A stretch of DNA of 53,813 nucleotides, from contig JAEOSU010000004.1 of the NCBI GenBank assembly GCA_016840165.1, positions 1 through 53,813 on the forward strand, written 5' to 3'. This DNA comes from Promethearchaeota archaeon (lineage in GTDB: Archaea > Asgardarchaeota > Lokiarchaeia > Sigyniarchaeales > SOKP01). Both the position numbers and the translations under genes were made by a program. Shown one piece after another: positions 28,993 through 36,992 of this stretch (position 1 is its first letter; each line of letters opens with the position of its first letter). The notes below the pieces were generated by a model. It was given only the letters and a program-made list of their open reading frames with translations. It did no database searches and was not told the DNA's origin.

Positions 28993-31236
28993 ATGGAATA
29001 CAATAGGGATGAGATAAGAAAACAATACAAAGATTTGTTTGAATATTCATTAGATTTAATATATGCGATAGATTTCGATGGAAATTTTCTTGATGCCAAC
29101 GATCTCACCTTAATTGCTCTTGGTTACGAATATGATGCTTTCTTGAATTGTTCATTAGCCGATTTATTAGATGAAATAGATTTAAGTCGGGCTTATCAAG
29201 TTTCCAAAGAGATAATGAAAACTGGAAAACAATCGAAAATAAGTGAGTATAAAATTCATACTAAGAGTGGAGATTTCATCTATGTTGAGTTTTATGGCAT
29301 TCCCTTAAAAATACAAGGAGAACAAATTGGGATACTAGGTATTGGAAAAAACATTACAGAACGCAAAAAAGTAGAAAAGGACTTAATGGAATCTAAAGAG
29401 AAATTCAAAGCAATATTTAAAGAGGGGCCTATTCCTGTCTATATCTTGCGATATATTAATGGGGACTTTATATTAGTCGATTATAATAATGCTGCTATTA
29501 AATTTACGAATAATAGAATTAAAGATTTTTTAGGATATTATGCTTTTGAGATATCCGAAGAGAGAGAGGATGTTTTGGATGATTTAAAGCAGTGTTATTC
29601 TCAAAAAATCCAAATAAATCGTCAAATAAAATATAATTCTAATGGCTCAAACCAGGAAAAACACCTATCGATTAATTATAGTTTCGTTCCTCCTGATCTT
29701 ATATTAGTCCATACTGAAGATATCACAGAAAGAATTCAAGCAATTGAAAAATTAAAAGAATCAGAAATTAAATACCGTAAAATGATAAATAACTTAGATG
29801 TTGGCTTTTATCAGGTCACTTTAGATGGAGTCATGCTTAATCATAATCCCGCTCATAATAAAATTTTAGAATATGACATTAATGAGAGCTTGGTGGGAAA
29901 AAAAGTAACTGATTTTTGGCGATATCCTGAACTTCGAGATGCTTATGTTAAGAATATATTGAGTAAGGGTTATGCGAAGAATTATATATGCCACTCATTA
30001 ACCAAAGATGGAAAAAAAGTTGTAGTACAGCTAAACTCTCATTTAATGAGAGATAAAGAAGGGAAACCTATCGGAATTGAAGGAACATTTATCGATATCA
30101 CCGAAAAATTCGAATTAGAAAAGCGACTTAAAGAATCAGAAAGAAAGTATCGCATACTATATGAAAGTACTCCCTACTCTATCGCGTTGATTAATTCGAA
30201 TGGACTTATTGTTGATTGTAATCCGACCGTTGAAGATTTATTTGGATATAATAAGATGGATTTGATTGGCAAAAATTTTACCAAATTGCCAATAATACCT
30301 TCAGAGAGTATGCAGAGTATAGTTGATGCTTTTCATAAATTTATCAAAGGAGTTAAAATCCACAGAATCGATCTCCAGATTCAACATAAGAATGGTAGTT
30401 TAATTTGGGTCAATTTACAAGCTTCAATCCTTAAGATTAAACAAAAAACTTTTGTTCAAGCAATCTTCACTGATATTAGATCAAGAAAGGAAGCAGAATT
30501 TTTGGTTGAAAAAGAGTTGGAAAAATTAAAGGAATTAGATAATTTACGGAAAAATTTGATTTCAAGAGTATCCCATGAATTAAAAACGCCACTAGTATCG
30601 ATATGTGGAGGATCTGAACTTTTATTCGATGTTTATAAAGAACAATTTAACAATGAAACGCTTGAGATCTTGGAGTTAATTGAAAAAGGGGGGAAACGAT
30701 TAAGATTTTTGGTTGATAATCTAATAGATACTTCTCGAGTGGAATATGGTAAATTAAAATTAAAGAAAGAGAATAGCGATTTAAGCTTAGTAATTAGAGA
30801 TGTAATTAATGAGTTAATTTACTTAATAAAAGATAGAAAGCTTAACATTCATGTGTCTCTTCCAGATAATCTAATCTTTAGTTTTGATAAAATAAGAATA
30901 GAACAAGTTATTATGAATATTTTATCTAATGCGATCAAAAATACTCCTCCTAATGGCGATATATCAATAGATCTTAGAAAAAATAATACTTTTGCAGAAT
31001 TCTCAATAAAAGACACTGGGATTGGATTGACCCAAAAAGAAATGGACTTATTATTTACTAGATTTGGAAAACTTGAAAGATCGGGAGAAGGTTTTGAATA
31101 TATAGATATCCAAGGGACAGGATTGGGGCTACATATCACAAAGGAAATTATTGATTTGCATAATGGGGAAATTAGAGCGGAATCGTCAGGTAGACAAAAA
31201 GGAAGTAATTTTATTGTGAAATTACCTCTAAAATAA
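28993..31236 (+). CDS. Cytoplasmic multi-PAS sensor histidine kinase
   Basis: About four PAS/PAC repeats ending in DITE-like motifs; SHELKTPL H-box, N-box NAIK, DTGIG, GTGLGL. Confidence 0.93.
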   Translation: MEYNRDEIRKQYKDLFEYSLDLIYAIDFDGNFLDANDLTLIALGYEYDAFLNCSLADLLDEIDLSRAYQVSKEIMKTGKQSKISEYKIHTKSGDFIYVEFYGIPLKIQGEQIGILGIGKNITERKKVEKDLMESKEKFKAIFKEGPIPVYILRYINGDFILVDYNNAAIKFTNNRIKDFLGYYAFEISEEREDVLDDLKQCYSQKIQINRQIKYNSNGSNQEKHLSINYSFVPPDLILVHTEDITERIQAIEKLKESEIKYRKMINNLDVGFYQVTLDGVMLNHNPAHNKILEYDINESLVGKKVTDFWRYPELRDAYVKNILSKGYAKNYICHSLTKDGKKVVVQLNSHLMRDKEGKPIGIEGTFIDITEKFELEKRLKESERKYRILYESTPYSIALINSNGLIVDCNPTVEDLFGYNKMDLIGKNFTKLPIIPSESMQSIVDAFHKFIKGVKIHRIDLQIQHKNGSLIWVNLQASILKIKQKTFVQAIFTDIRSRKEAEFLVEKELEKLKELDNLRKNLISRVSHELKTPLVSICGGSELLFDVYKEQFNNETLEILELIEKGGKRLRFLVDNLIDTSRVEYGKLKLKKENSDLSLVIRDVINELIYLIKDRKLNIHVSLPDNLIFSFDKIRIEQVIMNILSNAIKNTPPNGDISIDLRKNNTFAEFSIKDTGIGLTQKEMDLLFTRFGKLERSGEGFEYIDIQGTGLGLHITKEIIDLHNGEIRAESSGRQKGSNFIVKLPLK

Positions 31237-31255
31237 CTATAAAATCTTGATCAAT

Positions 31256-31870
31256 TTATGTTATTTTCGCAAGATTATATCCTTGTTCAATAAGAGCATA
31301 ATTTAATGACCCTATTTTTTCCCCTAACTTGTCTAAAATTACTTTTTTCAAATTTTCTAATTTCAGGTCAGGTACAGCTTTAGATAATAATCCTAAGATG
31401 GGTGTATTAATTACGGGATTTCCATCAATTGTCAGATTTTTTTCAAGAGCTAGTTTGCTAATATCAGCAGCTACTATTTTGATAGAGGGATTCAGCTGAT
31501 ATTTTTCGATCAACTCACTTGGCTCTTTATCTGTATTTATAATGAGGATGCCATTGGTTTCCAGAGAGGAGGCAACCTCAGTATTTAATACGCTTTCATC
31601 AAATATAATTAAAACATTTGGATGATATATTTGAGATCTGTCCCAAATTGTATTAGTTCTCGAAAGTTTAGCATAAGCTTGAACAGGGGCACCTCTTCGT
31701 TCAGCTCCGAATGATGGATATGCTTGAACATCTTTAAAATTTCCACTTAGATATGCTGCTTCAGCAAGGATTTCGCAAGCTGTGACCGCTCCTTGCCCTC
31801 CTCTGCCATGAATAACAATTTTAATAAGTTCTGAAGACTCTTCTTTATTGGTCATTAACTTTGTTCTCAC
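31256..31870 (-). CDS. porG: Pyruvate/2-oxoacid:ferredoxin oxidoreductase gamma subunit (probable ATG start at 31855)
   Basis: HGRGGQGAVT, QAYPSFGAERRGAPV, NT.ILG. Confidence 0.93.
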   Translation of the reverse strand: MRTKLMTNKEESSELIKIVIHGRGGQGAVTACEILAEAAYLSGNFKDVQAYPSFGAERRGAPVQAYAKLSRTNTIWDRSQIYHPNVLIIFDESVLNTEVASSLETNGILIINTDKEPSELIEKYQLNPSIKIVAADISKLALEKNLTIDGNPVINTPILGLLSKAVPDLKLENLKKVILDKLGEKIGSLNYALIEQGYNLAKIT

Positions 31871-32067
31871 TATTATGTTTTATAGCATAAATATAATATT
31901 TTGTAGTTAGTAGTTTTCGTTATACTTAAAAAATTTTGGGTTAAAGCATCTCTAAGTCTTAAATATCAATATTGTAGAAAATTATGCCAAAGAATAAAAT
32001 GCAAATAATAATTATAAATTTTATATCATAAACTGCATTCGAAAAGCAATTATTGATGTGACATAAT

Positions 32068-32916
32068 GTGATACATCAAACGGGTTATTTTGAAGGGAGA
32101 GAGACAAGAAAATTGTTCTATCAGTGTTGGAAATCTGAATCAGAAGAGATTAAAGCATATATTATTGCTATTCATGGATGGGGTACCCATTCGGATCGAA
32201 TGAAACTTCCTGCGGACTTTCTAACTGAAATGGGATATAATGTTTACGCCTTTGACTTAAGAGGGCATTGGAGGAATGCAGGAGATTCTCCTGGACATAT
32301 TGATAGTATGGATCATATTCAGAAGGATATTGTACTTTTTAATGATCTTGTGAAAAAAGAAGCGGGAGAGAGGAAAATATTTTTAATTGGGCACTCGTTT
32401 GGAGGTTTGGTAAGTCTTATATATGCTATCAATCATCCTGGCTTAGATGGAGTTATAGTTTCATCCCCCTTGTTAGAACTAAAAATAGAATTATCATTCG
32501 CAAAAAAACTTGGTAAAAAATTAGCAAAGCCACTTTCTAAATTATCACCAACCAAAATGATGAGTATGGAAATTGATCAAAATTTGCTAACTAGTGATCT
32601 AAAAATTCTCCGTAAACATATTAGTGATGATAAAAAATTGGAACAAATCTCGTTGAGGAGTGCCGCTGAATTGGAACAATCTATGAAATGGGCGAGAGGG
32701 AGTGCTGATAAACTATTATGCCCAGTATTTATTATGCAAGCTGGCAATGATAAACTTGTTGAAAAAAGCGTTTCTAAAGAATTTTATGAGGAAATTAGAT
32801 ATAAAGACAAATACTACAAGGAATATCCCGACTTTTTGCATGAACTCTGGAATGAAAAAGGAAGAGCGCAAGTCTATCGAGATATGTATGTATGGCTTGA
32901 GAAACATCTTAAATAA
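32068..32916 (+). CDS. Lysophospholipase/monoacylglycerol lipase family alpha/beta hydrolase
   Basis: LFYQCW, IHGWG.HS.R, DLRGH, GHSFGG, D.LV, HEL.NE. Confidence 0.9.
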   Translation: MIHQTGYFEGRETRKLFYQCWKSESEEIKAYIIAIHGWGTHSDRMKLPADFLTEMGYNVYAFDLRGHWRNAGDSPGHIDSMDHIQKDIVLFNDLVKKEAGERKIFLIGHSFGGLVSLIYAINHPGLDGVIVSSPLLELKIELSFAKKLGKKLAKPLSKLSPTKMMSMEIDQNLLTSDLKILRKHISDDKKLEQISLRSAAELEQSMKWARGSADKLLCPVFIMQAGNDKLVEKSVSKEFYEEIRYKDKYYKEYPDFLHELWNEKGRAQVYRDMYVWLEKHLK

Positions 32917-32961
32917 TATTCTTTCTCCATAAAAGAATATTTATAAGATATTACGATCAAG

Positions 32962-32980
32962 TATAGAATATTATTCTATA
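32962..32980. promoter_or_regulatory. Perfect inverted repeat TATAGAATA-T-TATTCTATA, candidate operator
   Basis: 9-bp arms with a 1-nt spacer, between a TATA-like TTTATAAG (32940-32947) and the ATG at 33000. Confidence 0.4.
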
Positions 32981-32999
32981 AATTTTTGATTGATTTTAT

Positions 33000-35768
33000 A
33001 TGAAAATAACTAACAGTAAAACGTCAAAGATATTAATTATTTCGTTAGTTGCATTGATCATAAGCAATGTTTTCATATTTTTTTTGATTACGCCAGGTCA
33101 TGGTCAAGCTACCGATCAAAAGAACATCTTAGTTATCAGTAAAGGTAATGATACACAGTTCCTTCAAAGCCTTCAGATTGATGTTGAAAATTTTAATGTT
33201 TCCATTGTATCTGAAGGAGCTCCAAGTATTCCAATTGGATCCTGGATTGATTCTATTATTATTTTTGATTCTATACTTAGTAATACCGTGGAGACCGACA
33301 TTTCTAATTATCTTAATGGTGGGGGTTCAGTAATTATTATCATGGGTCAGCAATTATATAATAATGCGAGCTTTTTAGAAAAGTTAACCTTATTAGATAA
33401 TTCACTATATGAAACTGGTAAAAGTCTCAACACAGAATCTATGTTATTTGTTATAAATGATGCTGCTCATCCAATTAGTAAAAATATGGATTGGAATTCT
33501 GCACCAGACATTAAGGTTGCAAACATGACCATTATTCCAGACTCAAGTTTAAATGGTACAGCAAAGCAAATTATTGATGTATATCCTGTCTCAAAGAATT
33601 TAGATATTGAAAATAATCGTCAAGCTATTTTATTAGAACACCAATATGGAGCAGGAAATATTATACTTTTTACTGGATGGTTAGAGGAGGGTGCAAATTT
33701 AGATTTTAAAGTTTGGCCTTATTTTAACTATCTGCTTTATGCATTTGTATTTGAAAGTATGCAGATGTCTTTTCAAATATATCCAATCTGGCCCTATTCT
33801 CCTGTTCCACATCTCACAGAACAAATAATAATTGGAATTATTATCCTTATTCTTGCAATCTTAGCTATTGCTCTATATATAGTGACTAAAAGGAAATCAA
33901 GGACCCAAATGGATCAAGCAACTATAAATGCATTAGAACGTCAAGCAGAAGAAGAACAAAAAAGATTAGCAGAGGAAGCAAGAAAAATAGAAAAAGTTAT
34001 TGAGCAGAAAGTAGATCCCGAGGATGAGTGGGAAGCCATAGGAGTACATCGGCAATTAGGAGGCTTTTTATTTACCCTATTTCTTAGTCTATTCTTGGTT
34101 CTTCCACAATTATTAGTATCGAATTTTATTATGCCTCAAATCATTCAGCCATATCCTCAAGCAGCAGGATGGTATAACTACGCATACAACTTCTTCCAGA
34201 TCGTATGGATTTTATTTGATTTCGGTACTAGTTTTGCTTTGGCAAAGTATTTTTCTGAACATCGAGTAAAAAACCCAAAAAAAGCAATACATTACATTCA
34301 AATTTATGTTTGGTGGCAAATTTTTACGGGTATTATCCAAATTACTATAATTGGTTTTATGGGATCAATTATATTTCCTTATACTTCTCTCGCTCATATG
34401 AGTTGGATATTTGTGGTTTATTCCTTCATTCAATATCCGGGGATATTTTTGGTATTCATGTATACTTTCCAAGGTCTTCAACGATCAGATCTTCACTTAA
34501 TTTCTTATGTTGCGTGGGAAGTGGCTTGGTTACTGATCGGTCAGGTAATATTCTGCTATCTCGGACGCATGTGGGGTGCAGCCAATCCTATCATAGGAGA
34601 GGCTCTTGGTGCAGGAATTGGATATGCAATTGCACGTTGTTTTGACTTCTGGGTTACCTTCTTGATGACTTTTATTATGTTTAAGAGACTTGGATTCTCA
34701 CCGAAAACATGCTTCCGTATCGATTTTACTAGAGATGAATTTAAGCAATCTATGCGATATGGATCAAGATTAGCGATAGGAGAAGGTTTTGTTCAGATAG
34801 GATGGTTTTTGCAGGTTATTATTACCTCTACATTTGTCGCTAATTATTCTAATAATCTTGGGTGGTTTAATCTGGCATGGACTTTAGGAATGATTGTGCA
34901 GATTGTAACCCTTTATGGTCAGAGTCTATTAGGAGCATTCAGTGAATCAAGTGCCCATAACAAAAAAACTTTAACTAAATTATACGTCTATCAAGCGTTT
35001 CGATGGGGAAATTATTTTGCCTACTTTCTCATTTCGGTTCTTTTCGCTGTTGGAGCTAAATTTTTAGTGGGGGCTGCAGGAGAGGAGTATGGAACACCAG
35101 CAGTTCCTTTTCTCATACCATTATTGTTTTTTCACGTGGGCGGTATCTATTCTTGGTTGGTTGATGCTGTATTTGAGGGTACCGGGCGAACGGGTTATGC
35201 GATGTTGGTATGGATCATCGAACAGACCACAAGAGCGCTCTTAATGTTTCTCTTTGTGCTAATTTTCCGTGATATGGTATCTGTGATTATTGCATACATT
35301 CCTGCTGTTTTTACCAAAGATTTTATTGCGTGGTATATCGTACGGAAAAAGATTGTCAAGTATAAACTCCATACATTTAAATCATTCATAACACCCGCTA
35401 TATCGGCAATTATTAATTTTATTGTTCTCTATATCTTTGGAGAGATTATTTGGGGTATCCCTATGGGAGACAAAATTCTTAATACAGCGATAATCTTCCT
35501 TATTGGTATTTTTGCCTTTATATATTTCTATGCGTTTTTAGATGGATTTTTTGGAGGATATGATGATCACACAATAAAGGAATTCGAAAGAGCAGCGGAC
35601 TTAGTAACAACAAGATTTTTAAGGATTTTCCCTCGAGGCTTAAAGAAGGTAGCAAAATTTGGAGCAAGAATAAGTCCATTTCATAATAAGTTCAAAATAA
35701 CGATGTATGAAGAAGCTATGAAAGAAGCCTATGACTTAACTTTAGAAAAAAAAATTCTAAAAATTTAA
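33000..35768 (+). CDS. Large membrane protein: N-terminal ectodomain fused to a MOP-superfamily (MurJ/Wzx/MATE-like) flippase domain
   Basis: Signal/TM segment, ~240-aa soluble domain (YL..GG.VII.MG, G.G.I), TM plus coiled coil, then many TMs with 'FDFGTS.AL.KYFSE' and 'FQGLQR.D'. Confidence 0.7.
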   Translation: MKITNSKTSKILIISLVALIISNVFIFFLITPGHGQATDQKNILVISKGNDTQFLQSLQIDVENFNVSIVSEGAPSIPIGSWIDSIIIFDSILSNTVETDISNYLNGGGSVIIIMGQQLYNNASFLEKLTLLDNSLYETGKSLNTESMLFVINDAAHPISKNMDWNSAPDIKVANMTIIPDSSLNGTAKQIIDVYPVSKNLDIENNRQAILLEHQYGAGNIILFTGWLEEGANLDFKVWPYFNYLLYAFVFESMQMSFQIYPIWPYSPVPHLTEQIIIGIIILILAILAIALYIVTKRKSRTQMDQATINALERQAEEEQKRLAEEARKIEKVIEQKVDPEDEWEAIGVHRQLGGFLFTLFLSLFLVLPQLLVSNFIMPQIIQPYPQAAGWYNYAYNFFQIVWILFDFGTSFALAKYFSEHRVKNPKKAIHYIQIYVWWQIFTGIIQITIIGFMGSIIFPYTSLAHMSWIFVVYSFIQYPGIFLVFMYTFQGLQRSDLHLISYVAWEVAWLLIGQVIFCYLGRMWGAANPIIGEALGAGIGYAIARCFDFWVTFLMTFIMFKRLGFSPKTCFRIDFTRDEFKQSMRYGSRLAIGEGFVQIGWFLQVIITSTFVANYSNNLGWFNLAWTLGMIVQIVTLYGQSLLGAFSESSAHNKKTLTKLYVYQAFRWGNYFAYFLISVLFAVGAKFLVGAAGEEYGTPAVPFLIPLLFFHVGGIYSWLVDAVFEGTGRTGYAMLVWIIEQTTRALLMFLFVLIFRDMVSVIIAYIPAVFTKDFIAWYIVRKKIVKYKLHTFKSFITPAISAIINFIVLYIFGEIIWGIPMGDKILNTAIIFLIGIFAFIYFYAFLDGFFGGYDDHTIKEFERAADLVTTRFLRIFPRGLKKVAKFGARISPFHNKFKITMYEEAMKEAYDLTLEKKILKI

Positions 35769-35822
35769 TTTTTTTTAATTTTTTATTATTAAAAATCATT
35801 TTTTACTCGCTCTTATAAGAAT

Positions 35823-36872
35823 ATGACCACTAGTAGATATCAGCTAGAAGGTTTTTATGAGAATTTATTCAATTGGGTCAACAGTTTTAAAATTAAAACT
35901 ACCCCCGGATATTATAGTTTAATTAAGGGAAAAAACAAACCTTCCTTATATGGAATCTGTGATATGGTATATAATTTATTCATACCAGCTAGGATTATAA
36001 ATTACTTTGATACTCATAAAACCGAAAGTAAAGAAAGTTGGATTAAAAACATACAATCCTATCAAGATCCAAAGACCGGTTGGTTTAAGGATCGGTATTT
36101 TAATTACAAGTTTCGTTCTCCTTTAACAGGACAATGGGAACATGCCACTGCATTTGCTATCTCTGCTCTCAAGCTTTTAAATGCCAAACCTAAATATGGA
36201 TTAAAGATTGCCAAAAAATTAGAGACAAGGAAAAAAGTGGAGAAATGGTTAAAAAGAGCCCCATTATGGGGATTTTTTTTCTGGCCTGGATCTCATCGTG
36301 GTGGAGGTATTGGAGCTATTTTCGCGACATTAGGGGAGGATTATTATCCCTATAAAAATTTTTTTGATTGGTATTTTGACTGGCTCGACAGTAAAGCAGA
36401 TCCTGAAGTAGGTTTTTGGCGTATAGGTTGGAATCATAAATTTAAAAAACGTTTGACTAAACATGAATTAGGTGGAGCTGTCCATTATTATTGGATCTAT
36501 GTATTTATGGACAGACCAATCCCTTTTCCTGAGAAAGTAATTGACTCAACCCTTAAATTACAGAATCAACTTGGATTATGGGATGATGATGTATCATATT
36601 GTATCGATCTTGATGCTATTTTTTGTCTATTGCGATGTGGGGATCAAGTGAAGGGATATAGAAAAGAAGATATAAGAAAAGCATTAATTAAATATTTAGA
36701 TTATACTATTCCTTGTCTTAATGATAGAGAGTTCTTATTTAATCGGTATGTGAGCACGCATAAACTTACTGGTTGTTTAGAAGCAATCGCTGAAATATAC
36801 AATAATATGCCCGAATTATTTGATCCATCAATAAAATTTATACAAACCTTAGATATTACCCCATGGATTTAA
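35823..36872 (+). CDS. Hypothetical protein with QW-like repeats (prenyltransferase/terpene-cyclase-like alpha-alpha barrel)
   Basis: Repeats YQDPKTGWF, ADPEVGFW, LQNQLGLW. Confidence 0.6.
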   Translation: MTTSRYQLEGFYENLFNWVNSFKIKTTPGYYSLIKGKNKPSLYGICDMVYNLFIPARIINYFDTHKTESKESWIKNIQSYQDPKTGWFKDRYFNYKFRSPLTGQWEHATAFAISALKLLNAKPKYGLKIAKKLETRKKVEKWLKRAPLWGFFFWPGSHRGGGIGAIFATLGEDYYPYKNFFDWYFDWLDSKADPEVGFWRIGWNHKFKKRLTKHELGGAVHYYWIYVFMDRPIPFPEKVIDSTLKLQNQLGLWDDDVSYCIDLDAIFCLLRCGDQVKGYRKEDIRKALIKYLDYTIPCLNDREFLFNRYVSTHKLTGCLEAIAEIYNNMPELFDPSIKFIQTLDITPWI

Positions 36873-36992
36873 AAAAGGATCAATTTTATTAATTTTCTAA
36901 TAATTAGAATAAATTTCTTTTAAAAACTAATAGTCTTATTAGATTTAATTTAAATTGTCGATATACTACTATCAACAATCAAACTAAATATC

